A stretch of DNA of 64,000 bases, from positions 36,188 through 100,187 of the forward strand of contig JAIOSL010000007.1 in NCBI GenBank assembly GCA_021107635.1, read 5' to 3'. Source of the stretch: an archaeon (GTDB lineage: Archaea; B1Sed10-29; WALL01; JAGHAM01). The translations under genes were made by a program, and so were the position numbers. The notes under the pieces are model-generated. The model was not told the DNA's origin, ran no database searches, and was given only the letters and a program-made list of their open reading frames with translations. Positions 1-9,242 of this stretch are shown here, one piece after another. The stretch's first letter is position 1; each line of letters starts with the position of its first letter.

Positions 1-1012
1 CTGAAGTTTCTTTGTATGTTCTGCCTTTCCATTCTTCATTAGGTGCATTTACTTCAAATCTAATTGGGTGGTCTCTGAATCGCATGTTTTCTGAGCGCAG
101 GTAGCCGTCTAAGAATTCATTGATTCCGACTCGAACGCTTTTTAGTGAAGAAACTATCCCATAAACTCCATTTTGTCCGTAAAGCACGTGCACGTATTCG
201 CTTAGGTAATCAAGTACTGCCAGGTCGTGTTCGACTAGGATGACTTTCTTTTTTTCTGCGAGTTCACGGATTACTTTTGCTATGTTCATTCTTTGTTTTA
301 CGTCCAAGTAGCTTGAGGGTTCATCAAAAAAGTAAATATCTGCTTTTTTTTGCAGTGTTGCAGCAATAGCCATCCTCTGTAGTTCGCCTCCGCTGACTTC
401 ACTTACTTTGTTTTTTAGTATCCCGTCAAGTTGCAGTGTGGCCAGGTCTACTTCGCGTTCTTTGGTTTGTTCGAGGAATTCTTTGACAGTGCCATCAAAT
501 TTTTTGGGAATCAGGTCTACACTCTGTGGTTTGAAAGCAGCTCTAATTTTGCCTTCTTTTAGGTCTTCTAAGTGTTTTTGAATTTCCTGTCCTCGATAGA
601 GTTCAATGAGTTCGTCCCAAGAAGCGTCTTGTCCTGGGTGTCCTAGGTTAGGTGTGAGTTTGCCTGCGAGTATGTTTAATACTGTGGATTTACCGATGCC
701 GTTAGGTCCGATTATGCCTACCACACCTTTTTTCGGGACTGGAAGGCCGAAAACTCTGAAAGTGTTTTCTCCGTATTTGTGTACTGGTTGTCCAAGTTCT
801 TCTGGTAAATTGACTATTGCTATTGCATTAAACGGACATTTTTTGATGCAAATGCCGCAACCAGAGCATAAGGGCTCTGCTATCAAAAGCTTGCCTTCTT
901 CGTCTTGGGTTATGGTTTCTTCTCCCATTCTCACGCCAGGACAGTATTTGATGCATTCTTGAGAGCATCGTTTTGGTTGGCATTTGTCTCTGTCAATCAC
1001 AGCTATTCTCAT
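1..1012 (-). CDS. rli1: ABCE1/Rli1 ribosome recycling ATPase (N-terminal part; runs off the window edge)
   Basis: Absent from the ORF track. Hand translation from the ATG at 1012 gives MRIAVIDRDKCQPKRCSQECIKYCPGVRMG...EPLCSGCGICIKKCPF (Fe-S domain), Walker A GPNGIGKST and signature VSGGELQR. Confidence 0.96.
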   Translation of the reverse strand, partial: MRIAVIDRDKCQPKRCSQECIKYCPGVRMGEETITQDEEGKLLIAEPLCSGCGICIKKCPFNAIAIVNLPEELGQPVHKYGENTFRVFGLPVPKKGVVGIIGPNGIGKSTVLNILAGKLTPNLGHPGQDASWDELIELYRGQEIQKHLEDLKEGKIRAAFKPQSVDLIPKKFDGTVKEFLEQTKEREVDLATLQLDGILKNKVSEVSGGELQRMAIAATLQKKADIYFFDEPSSYLDVKQRMNIAKVIRELAEKKKVILVEHDLAVLDYLSEYVHVLYGQNGVYGIVSSLKSVRVGINEFLDGYLRSENMRFRDHPIRFEVNAPNEEWKGRTYKETS

Positions 1013-1036
1013 TTTTTCCGCCTTAGAATTGCGTTA

Positions 1037-1046
1037 TATTTAAATA
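1037..1046. promoter_or_regulatory. Palindromic TATA box (TATTTAAATA) between divergent genes
   Basis: Perfect 10-bp palindrome lying about 25 nt from the rli1 start and 33 nt from the 1079 start; matches the archaeal TTTAWATA consensus on both strands. Confidence 0.55.
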
Positions 1047-1078
1047 CTCATCGTTTATTAAGACTCATGGTGGTCTCC

Positions 1079-2968
1079 ATGAAGAAAATTTTATTGTTAT
1101 TGTTCTTGTTTTCAGGTGCGTTTGCATTAGTGCCTTCAACGCCAACATCTAATTATTCTTTTTCAGAACTTTCTTTGGATGTTGATAGTACTGGAAGTTT
1201 TACTCTTAAAGGAAGTTTTAATGTTGTTCCTAGTGTGAATGACACGAAAATTTATGTTGTTGGTCCTAATGAAGCGCTTCATGTGTTTTCGTCTTCTCCA
1301 GAATTGTATTTTGATGAGAATGGTTATTTCTTTTTTTCTGGTGAGAGCGGTTCTATTGAAGTAAATGGCAAGTTGGTTTTTGAGCAGAGTACTGTTTTGT
1401 CTTTTATTGCTCCTATAATGTGGTTGGATATTGATACTTCTACTTATTCAGATAATTTCTTTTCTATAACTAACAAGCAAGTAACCATATACAAATATCA
1501 GCATAAACCAGCAGAACAACATATTATTCCAACTTACAACATTTTTCTTGAAGAGTTTGGACGGGCAACGTTTGCTTATTTAATAGATGTTAAGAATCCT
1601 GGTCAAGAAGTTCGCATGAATTTGAATAATGATGAGACTGTTAATTCGGTTCAAGGAGCACGATATAAGATTGTTGGAAAAGAATTAGTTATCTATCCTG
1701 AAAGCAATAACCGAATAAGAGTCTATGGAAGCCTTCCTAGCGTTAACTTTTCTTTCAAACCTGGTTTAGGTGTTCCTGGGTATGTTGTTGTGCAGTATCC
1801 AAGCGGTTTTGAAGTTTTTACTTCAGGTGCATCACATGTTGATGAATCAAAAGTTAATGGAGTTGAGTATCGTTATAACAATAAGGTTTGTTTCGAAAGT
1901 TATCCTTCATCAGTTATTTCTATTACTGCCATAGAATTAGATTCTTTTCCAAGTCTAGTGTTTGCAGTGGATGATGTTGGAAACACTGTGTCCATATCTG
2001 AAAACGGAGTCATAATTCAAAACACTGAGTTTAGGTTCAGTAACACTGGCGTAGAATATACTTCTTTTGATGTAAATGATCTTGAACCCCTATATGCTTC
2101 AATTAATGGTCAGGCAACGTTCTTAACAAAGAAAGATGACAAAATTTATTTAGCAGTCCCAAAAGGTACTTCTCAAAGAGCAGATTTAATAACTTTAGAT
2201 AAAAAGCAAGAATTGTTCCCAGCAACTATGATAGACCTGGAAGTACCGAGAATAGACCATACAATTTCATCTTTCAGCAGTACTGTATACTATCCAAACA
2301 ATTATGAAGTCATGTATTCTTCTCATGGAACTAGGTTTGGTTGGGAAGGGTTCATTTTTGTTATCCTAATCTTTACTGGATTCTTGTATATTGTAGTTCC
2401 AGGAAACGGAAAAGCAAGATTCTTGACTGCCATTCTACTCTCTCTAGGAATACACCTGTTGACTATGGTTTCAGGACTGTTCTTCCTGTTTGCGCTGGTA
2501 GGCTATGCGTATGCATTATACAAGAAATACAAAAACTCAATCAAATTTGAAAAGAACACCCGTAACATAATCATAGCAGCAGTAATCGGATTAATAGTAA
2601 TAGGAGCAGTTTTCGGAACAATAATCCTACTTGCATCAACCTTCTTCACTCGCTACAGCGCGCCAGCACAAATGAATTCATATGCTGAGGGGGGAATAGC
2701 AAGAGCTCCACTAGAAAAAACTATGAGTGCGGGAGATTGGGCTGTTCCAAGCGATGAAATTGGTTTGGTAACAGAAAAAGAGATATTGCCAGTTAAACTG
2801 TCTCTCCCACGATACTCTAACAGCTTACGCATGACTCACTACATGGTAACCAAAGACAAGCCACTCCAAGTCCAAATGTTGTTAGTTCATACTTGGCTGG
2901 TCAAAATAGCATATGCAATCATTGGACTGATTTTGCTAGGATTTGCTTGGAAAAGAGTGCGTTCCTAG
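1079..2968 (+). CDS. Hypothetical secreted multi-pass membrane protein with a large beta-rich ectodomain
   Basis: Start moved to ATG 1079 (GGTGG upstream; removes overlap with rli1). Signal peptide MKKILLLLFLFSGAFA, a long S/T/V/F-rich region, about 4 TM helices and one terminal TM helix. Confidence 0.8.
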   Translation: MKKILLLLFLFSGAFALVPSTPTSNYSFSELSLDVDSTGSFTLKGSFNVVPSVNDTKIYVVGPNEALHVFSSSPELYFDENGYFFFSGESGSIEVNGKLVFEQSTVLSFIAPIMWLDIDTSTYSDNFFSITNKQVTIYKYQHKPAEQHIIPTYNIFLEEFGRATFAYLIDVKNPGQEVRMNLNNDETVNSVQGARYKIVGKELVIYPESNNRIRVYGSLPSVNFSFKPGLGVPGYVVVQYPSGFEVFTSGASHVDESKVNGVEYRYNNKVCFESYPSSVISITAIELDSFPSLVFAVDDVGNTVSISENGVIIQNTEFRFSNTGVEYTSFDVNDLEPLYASINGQATFLTKKDDKIYLAVPKGTSQRADLITLDKKQELFPATMIDLEVPRIDHTISSFSSTVYYPNNYEVMYSSHGTRFGWEGFIFVILIFTGFLYIVVPGNGKARFLTAILLSLGIHLLTMVSGLFFLFALVGYAYALYKKYKNSIKFEKNTRNIIIAAVIGLIVIGAVFGTIILLASTFFTRYSAPAQMNSYAEGGIARAPLEKTMSAGDWAVPSDEIGLVTEKEILPVKLSLPRYSNSLRMTHYMVTKDKPLQVQMLLVHTWLVKIAYAIIGLILLGFAWKRVRS

Positions 2969-3009
2969 CACTCCTTTTTTTATTATTAGAGTTTAAAATA
3001 GTGTGAACC

Positions 3010-4044
3010 ATGAAAGTACTTAAAAAAGCACTCAAGGAAGGATTGTTAGTAGTAGTGCCATCAAGTGTTGATGACCTTTGGCACTTAGATAAAATCTTGG
3101 AAAAAGGAGATTTAATTAGTGCTAGCACTACCCGCAAATTTGTAAGCGAAAGCGGAAGATCAGAACGAAAAGACGTGCGCGTGGTAATTTCCTTAGAATC
3201 CACTGAATTTGATCCTCATACAGAACGCCTCCACTTGCTAGGCGTGATAAAAGAAGGCCGTCCTGAAAAATACGTTAGCTTAGGCGCGCATCAGTCTGTG
3301 GATGTTAATCCTGGCATAAAAATTGGAGTGCGTAAACATTGGAAAAAGCATCAATTGCATAGAATTCAGGAAGCAGTGAAATCTTCTGGAAAACCAAAAT
3401 TGTATGTTTTGGCTTTGGATGATGAAGAAGCATGTATTGCTTTGTTGCTTGATTCTGGGATTAAGAAGAAAGCATTAATCAAGTCTGGAAGAAGCGGTAA
3501 ACAATATAAAACTAATTCTAAACAAGGAGATTACTTCACTGAGATTTTAGAAGCACTAGAAAGCATGGAAATACATAAAATTGTTGTTGTAGGGCCTGGT
3601 TTTGTCAAAGATGAGTTCAAAGAATTTTCCGTGGAACACAATAAAGCGTTAGCGAAGAAAATGAGTGTTGAAGGAGCTGGTTCCGGAGGAGAATCAGGAG
3701 TCCGAGATGCTCTCAAGCTTGGAGTAATCGAGCGCATTGCAGCAGATTCAAAGCTTTCCCAGGAAACGCTTCTAGTTGAAGATGTGCTCACGGAGATTGC
3801 TCGGAATGGTCTTGCTGCGTATGGTTTGAAAGAGGTTGAGCAGGCATTGGATTGCAATGCAGTGGACAAACTTTTGCTTTCAGACACTATTTTTCAGAAA
3901 GCCCGGAATAAAGCAGAAGTTTTAATGGATAAAGCAGAAAAAGCGCGTGCAGAAACTCATATTGTTAATTCAGAAGAGGAGCCTGGGAAGAAATTAGATG
4001 CTTTAGGTGGAGTGGCTGCGTTGCTCAGATTTAAGGTTTGTTAA
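3010..4044 (+). CDS. pelA: mRNA surveillance protein pelota (Dom34)
   Basis: DDLWHL...GDLISASTTRK, VGPGFVK, AAYGLKEV and LGGVAALLRF motifs. Confidence 0.96.
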   Translation: MKVLKKALKEGLLVVVPSSVDDLWHLDKILEKGDLISASTTRKFVSESGRSERKDVRVVISLESTEFDPHTERLHLLGVIKEGRPEKYVSLGAHQSVDVNPGIKIGVRKHWKKHQLHRIQEAVKSSGKPKLYVLALDDEEACIALLLDSGIKKKALIKSGRSGKQYKTNSKQGDYFTEILEALESMEIHKIVVVGPGFVKDEFKEFSVEHNKALAKKMSVEGAGSGGESGVRDALKLGVIERIAADSKLSQETLLVEDVLTEIARNGLAAYGLKEVEQALDCNAVDKLLLSDTIFQKARNKAEVLMDKAEKARAETHIVNSEEEPGKKLDALGGVAALLRFKVC

Positions 4045-4718
4045 CCAAAGAAGCCTGGTTTTTTTGGTTTTCTTCTTAACGTTTCTTGCTTTTCTTTCAT
4101 CTTAAAGTTCTTAAAATTATGTTTTGGCTGTGTTTTGTTCCTGTTATGTGTCCCTATTTTTTTGATAATGAAAATTACTATCAAAACAAAGGTTGAGAAA
4201 AGTATCAGAAACATCATGATTGGCATAAAAACAAATATGAGCATGAGGATTAGTGCAAAACTATTCATGTCTACTGGTTCTTCTTCTTTAACTTCTATTT
4301 CTGACCAGTCTAGATAACAGTTATCTGTTTCAAGTTTAACGTAACGGTATTTTTTTGAGACATATTCACTATCAGTGCATTTTTCATTGTCTTCGCATTC
4401 TTTTGTTGTTCCTTCTCTCTCCCAATTTTGAGTATCGTTCGAAACGTAGATATCAAGCCGGTCTTCGCAAGTTCTTCCCCGGTTGTTTCCTAGCTTGAAT
4501 TGAATTTTTATTCTTGTTTGATTGTCTGTTATCTCTCCTAAATCATGAATGTGTGCTTTCTGATCACAACAGCAACAGTCTTGTTTTTGGCAGCTTGGTT
4601 GACTTCTTCCTGGTATAGAATAACCGATTCCATTATCACATTCTTCTTTTATCGGCTCGGCTTGAGAAAAACTTAGTAAAAAGAGGGTAAGCATTATCAG
4701 CAGTAATGTCTTCTTCAT
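4041..4718 (-). CDS. Secreted, C-terminally anchored Cys-rich protein with a discoidin (F5/8 type C)-like segment
   Basis: Signal peptide; IYVSNDTQNWE...KYRYVKL motifs; long hydrophobic stretch followed by a basic tail. Confidence 0.7.
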   Translation of the reverse strand: MKKTLLLIMLTLFLLSFSQAEPIKEECDNGIGYSIPGRSQPSCQKQDCCCCDQKAHIHDLGEITDNQTRIKIQFKLGNNRGRTCEDRLDIYVSNDTQNWEREGTTKECEDNEKCTDSEYVSKKYRYVKLETDNCYLDWSEIEVKEEEPVDMNSFALILMLIFVFMPIMMFLILFSTFVLIVIFIIKKIGTHNRNKTQPKHNFKNFKMKEKQETLRRKPKKPGFFG

Positions 4719-4762
4719 AGGATATACTATTGAATTGTTTTTATTAATTGTTTTCTTTTTTT

Positions 4763-5377
4763 TTACTCATGAATTCTGACTTTGTTACCTTCTAGTTTTA
4801 TTCTGCCATCTTTGAACCAGTTGATTGCCCTGAGTATAATCTCCTGTTCGGCAAGCTGGACTTTAGCTTTGAGCGTGTCTATTGTATCTTTTTCTCCTAT
4901 CTCAACTGCTTTCTGTGCTATAATCGGACCTGAATCTACTTCTTCAGTAACAAAATGCAGGGTGCATCCAGTGATTTTTACTCCAGCGTCCATTACTGTT
5001 TGATGCACATCTTTGTCCATGCCTCCTCCAAAAGCCGGCAAGATGCTGGGATGAATGTTCATTGCTTTACCATACCATTTATTTACGAACCAACCACTCA
5101 TAATTTTCATGTATCCTACTAACAGGAGTAGCTCAACGCCTTGTTTTTCTAGTTCTACGTTGATTTCTTGGTCATACTGTTCTTTTTCTTTGCCTGTAGG
5201 ATCAATGAATAGCGTGTTTAAACCAAATTGTTTTGCGCGTTGCAGGATGTATGCGTTTGGTTTGTCACTTATTACTGCTACTATTTGCGCGTTGATTTTT
5301 CCAGAGTTGATGGCATCTATTATTGCTTGCATGTCTGTGCCATTTGTTGAACCGAGAACACCTATTTTTAAAGTCAT
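4763..5377 (-). CDS. purN: Phosphoribosylglycinamide formyltransferase
   Basis: GSTNGTDMQA, MNIHPSILP, TGCTLHFVTEEVDSGPII motifs. Confidence 0.96.
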   Translation of the reverse strand: MTLKIGVLGSTNGTDMQAIIDAINSGKINAQIVAVISDKPNAYILQRAKQFGLNTLFIDPTGKEKEQYDQEINVELEKQGVELLLLVGYMKIMSGWFVNKWYGKAMNIHPSILPAFGGGMDKDVHQTVMDAGVKITGCTLHFVTEEVDSGPIIAQKAVEIGEKDTIDTLKAKVQLAEQEIILRAINWFKDGRIKLEGNKVRIHE

Positions 5378-5383
5378 TTTTTA

Positions 5384-6211
5384 TCACCTGTTTCGTTTTG
5401 CGCATTTGACTGTGTTTTTCATGAGCATTGCTACGGTCATTGGTCCTACTCCTCCTGGTACCGGAGTGATAGCAGAAGCTTTATCTTTTATTGCTTCAAA
5501 ATCTGCGTCGCCAACAATTTTATCATCAACTTTTGTCGTGCCTACGTCCACTAGCACTACATTATTTTTCACCATGTCTTCTTTTATGAGTCCTGGTTTG
5601 CCTACTGCTACGATGACTATGTCTGCGTGCTTGGTGTGTTTAGTCAAGTCTCGTGTTTCGATATGACAGAGCGTGACTGTCGACCATTCTTTCAGCAAGA
5701 GCAGTGCGAGAGGTTTGCCTACTACAATGCTATGACCTACCACTGTGACATCCTTGCCTTTCAAATTTATTTCATAGTGTTTGAGTAGTTCGATTATACC
5801 TGCGGGAGTGCATGGAGCTATACTGTTTTTTTCTGTGACGAGCCTGCCCATGTTTACTGGATGGAAACCTTCAACATCTTTTGAGGGATATATGAATTCC
5901 ACTAATTCTTCTGCATTTAATTGAGGTGGAAGTGGTAGTTGTAATAGGATTGCATGCACGCTAGGGTTGTTATTCAATTCTTCTATTGCTTGTATTACTT
6001 GAATTTTAGTGGTTTGAGTAGGCAAGTTTTTGGTAATGGATTTAATTCCTACTTGTTCGCATGCTTTGTCTTTATTTTTGACGTAAATTTTTGATGCGGG
6101 GTCATCACCAACTAAAAGGGTGGCAAGGCATGGAGTGAAGTCTAGAGAATTTATTTCTTTTTTTACGTCTTCTTTGATTTTTTTTGATAGTTCTCTGCCA
6201 TCAAGTATCAT
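5384..6211 (-). CDS. folD: Bifunctional methylene-THF dehydrogenase/cyclohydrolase
   Basis: ASKIYVKNK, LQLPLP, PCTPAG, DVG and TPVPGGVGPMTVAML motifs. Confidence 0.97.
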   Translation of the reverse strand: MILDGRELSKKIKEDVKKEINSLDFTPCLATLLVGDDPASKIYVKNKDKACEQVGIKSITKNLPTQTTKIQVIQAIEELNNNPSVHAILLQLPLPPQLNAEELVEFIYPSKDVEGFHPVNMGRLVTEKNSIAPCTPAGIIELLKHYEINLKGKDVTVVGHSIVVGKPLALLLLKEWSTVTLCHIETRDLTKHTKHADIVIVAVGKPGLIKEDMVKNNVVLVDVGTTKVDDKIVGDADFEAIKDKASAITPVPGGVGPMTVAMLMKNTVKCAKRNR

Positions 6212-7467
6212 TCAAAGCCTCCTAGTTCCGCATACAAAGGAAATTCAGCACAAAGATCTTTCACTTCATCATGTATTCTTGCTTTAATCAAAGCATTATC
6301 ATGGTTATCCAATGCGTTCACAATGAATTCTGCAATTTTTTCCATTTCATGTTCTTTCATGCCTCGCGTTGTAAGCGCTGGAGTACCTAATCGGATTCCA
6401 CTAGGATCAAACGGTTTGCGCTTGTCGAAAGGAATGGTATTCTTGTTCACTGTTATTCCAACTTCATCTAAAACACTCTCTGCTTCTCCACCGGTCAGGC
6501 CTTTTGGCGTGACATCAGCTAGTATCAAATGATTGTCTGTTCCATCAGTGCTTAGCGTTAAGCCTTGTTCCATCAAACGGTCTGCTAATACTTTCGCGTT
6601 TTTGACAGTCTGTTTTCCGTAATCTTTAAAGCTTTGGTCAAGAGCTTCTTTGAAACATACTGCTTTTGCAGCGATGGCGTTCATGTGTGGTCCGCCTTGA
6701 AGCATTGGAAATATTGCACGGTCAATTGCTTGAGCGTGTTCTTTCTTGGAAAGAATTAATCCTCCTCGGGGTCCTCGTAGTGTTTTGTGTGTGGTTGAAG
6801 TAATCACATCTGCTTGTTTTGAAGGGCTTTGATGTACTCCTGCGATTATTAATCCAGAAATGTGCGCAATATCTGCTAGAAGATATGCTCCTACGCTTTC
6901 AGCAATTTCTCCGAATGCTTTGAAGTCGTATTCTCTTGGATATGCTGTTGCTCCTGCAACAATAATCTTAGGTTTTTCTTTTTTTGCAATGTTTTCAACT
7001 TCACTGTAGTCTATCAAATGTGTTTTTTCATTAACTCCATAATGCACTGCCGTATATCTTTGAGCAGAAAAGTTAATTCCATGTCCGTGAGTCAAATGCC
7101 CTCCATGAGAAAGAGTCATTCCCATGAGCTTGTCTCCTGGCTTAAGTAAAGCAGCGTATGCTGCCATGTTTGCTGGACTTCCAGAGTACGGTTGGACGTT
7201 AGCATGATCTACATCAAACAGTTTTTTTGCACGTTCAGTGGCTAGTGTTTCGACAAGATCTGTGAATTCTTGGCCTCCATAATAACGTTTGCCAGGATAT
7301 CCTTCTGAATATTTGCTGTTGAAAATGCTTCCCATTGCCTCAAGTACTGCCACACTGCAGTAATTTTCTGAGGGAATCATCTCAAGCCCAAATCGCTGCC
7401 GTTCCAGTTCGCTGGAAATAGCATTGGCTACATATTTGTCTTTTTTCATAAGTGCAGAATAATCCAT
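6208..7467 (-). CDS. glyA: Serine hydroxymethyltransferase
   Basis: SEN, YSEGYPGKRYYGG and PLP lysine motif TTHKTLRGPRGG. ATG 7467 preferred over GTG 7479. Confidence 0.97.
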   Translation of the reverse strand: MDYSALMKKDKYVANAISSELERQRFGLEMIPSENYCSVAVLEAMGSIFNSKYSEGYPGKRYYGGQEFTDLVETLATERAKKLFDVDHANVQPYSGSPANMAAYAALLKPGDKLMGMTLSHGGHLTHGHGINFSAQRYTAVHYGVNEKTHLIDYSEVENIAKKEKPKIIVAGATAYPREYDFKAFGEIAESVGAYLLADIAHISGLIIAGVHQSPSKQADVITSTTHKTLRGPRGGLILSKKEHAQAIDRAIFPMLQGGPHMNAIAAKAVCFKEALDQSFKDYGKQTVKNAKVLADRLMEQGLTLSTDGTDNHLILADVTPKGLTGGEAESVLDEVGITVNKNTIPFDKRKPFDPSGIRLGTPALTTRGMKEHEMEKIAEFIVNALDNHDNALIKARIHDEVKDLCAEFPLYAELGGFE

Positions 7468-7585
7468 GAAATTTTCCACAATACTATTTTGGCACAGGGG
7501 TTTAAATCCATTTCTGAAAGATTAAAACAGGAGTGTCCGCCCAAAAAAATTTCTAAGTAACAATACTCTCCTTTGGGGTGTCTTA

Positions 7586-7825
7586 ATGCAAAAAGATGTA
7601 ATAGACAAATTAACTGCTTTGATGACCGCTGCTTTCGGTTTGGTTGCTGCTTTGGCATGGAATGACGCGATAAAATCATTGTTTGCTCCAGCAACTGATA
7701 CACAACCAGCTGGAGTATTATATTTCATGGCTTCTTATGGGCCATGGGCTTATGCAGTATTAGTCACCATACTAGCAGTAGTAATGATAATTTGGATAGG
7801 TCGAATCGCTGGAAAAACAGAATAA
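7586..7825 (+). CDS. DUF5654-family small membrane protein
   Basis: TAAFGLVAALAWNDAIKSLF motif; two TM helices; GGGGTG RBS upstream. Confidence 0.85.
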   Translation: MQKDVIDKLTALMTAAFGLVAALAWNDAIKSLFAPATDTQPAGVLYFMASYGPWAYAVLVTILAVVMIIWIGRIAGKTE

Positions 7826-7883
7826 GCAATAGAAATCTTTTATACTACCCTTGTTAAATATTTTATCGAGGGGGGATTTGATC

Positions 7884-9239
7884 ATGTGTGGTATAGTTGG
7901 AGTGAGTGATGGCGATTCAACTCAAGTTTACGCCGGATTATATGCTTTACAACATAGAGGACAAGATTCAGCAGGAATACTATCCTATAACGGAAATTTT
8001 CATTTAAAGAAAAATAAAGGACACGTTTGGGAATCTTTCACTAAAGATTCTTTGAAAGAACTTTCAGGCAGAAAAAGCATTGGCCAAGTTAGATACCCAA
8101 CGATAGGTACAGACTTTGAGCGGGATGCACAACCTTTTTTCATTGAATCACCCGAAAAAATGGGCATTGTCCACAACGGCAATCTGGCAAACTATTCAGA
8201 ATTACGAAAAGAATATACTCTTTCTTCTTGGTGTGATGTTGAAGTATTACTGCATATGCTTTCTAAACACTTGAAAATTACTAAAGATCCTTTTATTTCA
8301 GTGGAAGAAACTATGAAAGAAGCTAATGGAGCATATTCAGCTTTAACACTGCTTAAAGACGGGAGCATGATAGTCTTTAGAGATCCTAATGCACTAAGAC
8401 CTTTAGTTCATGGGGAAGGTATGTATGCTTCAGAAAGTATTGCCTTAGATATTATAGGGAAAAAACTTGAAGGAGATATTAAAGGAGGAGAATGTGTTCT
8501 CATTAATGACAATCACGTAGAACGAAAACAATTGATCAAAGAGCAGCCTAGATACTGCATGTTTGAATTTGTATACTTTTCCAGACCCGATTCAGTTTTA
8601 CAAGGCAAGAGCATTTATGAGGTAAGACTTGAACTTGGAAAAGAACTCGCAAAAAAATTCGATAAGACTGCGGACGTGGTAATTCCAGTTCCAGATACTT
8701 CTAGAGCAGCAGCATTCGGCTTTTCAATCGAATCAGGAATTCCTTACAGAGAAGGCATAATCAAAAACCGTTACGTTGGAAGAACGTTTATCATGCCAGA
8801 CCAATCAACTCGAGAAAATGCAGTCAAATTTAAACTTAATACCATTAAATCTGAAATAAATGGCAAGCGAGTTGTGCTAGTTGATGATTCTGTTGTCAGA
8901 GGCACTACCTGCAAAAATCTGGTCAACTTAATCAGAAATGCAGGCGCAAAAGAAGTACACTTTGCAATTTCTTGTCCTCCAATTCGTTGGCCTTGTTTTT
9001 ATGGTATTGACATGACTCAAAAATCCGAGTTATTCGCAGCAAACGTAAAAGATGCAGAAAAAACATTAGCAGAGAAGATTGGGGCAGATTCAGTCATATA
9101 TCAATCCATTGATGGCCTAAAAAATGCGATAGGACTAAAAACATTATGTACTGCCTGTTTAAACGGAGACTATCCAACTGATGTTTCTACGCTGCTCGCG
9201 CGGCAAGGAAACGGAAAAAGACCTTATGAAGGCGAATGA
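7884..9239 (+). CDS. purF: Amidophosphoribosyltransferase
   Basis: Start at MCGIVG (Ntn Cys); QHRGQDSAG, HNGNL, VDDSVVRGTT and Fe-S cysteines. Confidence 0.97.
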   Translation: MCGIVGVSDGDSTQVYAGLYALQHRGQDSAGILSYNGNFHLKKNKGHVWESFTKDSLKELSGRKSIGQVRYPTIGTDFERDAQPFFIESPEKMGIVHNGNLANYSELRKEYTLSSWCDVEVLLHMLSKHLKITKDPFISVEETMKEANGAYSALTLLKDGSMIVFRDPNALRPLVHGEGMYASESIALDIIGKKLEGDIKGGECVLINDNHVERKQLIKEQPRYCMFEFVYFSRPDSVLQGKSIYEVRLELGKELAKKFDKTADVVIPVPDTSRAAAFGFSIESGIPYREGIIKNRYVGRTFIMPDQSTRENAVKFKLNTIKSEINGKRVVLVDDSVVRGTTCKNLVNLIRNAGAKEVHFAISCPPIRWPCFYGIDMTQKSELFAANVKDAEKTLAEKIGADSVIYQSIDGLKNAIGLKTLCTACLNGDYPTDVSTLLARQGNGKRPYEGE

Positions 9240-9242
9240 AAG

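Noticed and set aside
905-1078. N-terminal extension of the 687-aa ORF, and the 606-962 ORF
   Set aside because: Both overlap rli1 on the opposite strand; the signal peptide and RBS point to ATG 1079.
5055-5666. 203-aa plus-strand ORF
   Set aside because: Antisense shadow of purN and folD with no recognisable motifs.
7480-7585. Possible ZTP or purine riboswitch between glyA and the purF block (GTCCGCCC)
   Set aside because: Lacks the rest of the ZTP consensus (GACUGGCG and CGCCUGGG); better explained as divergent promoters.
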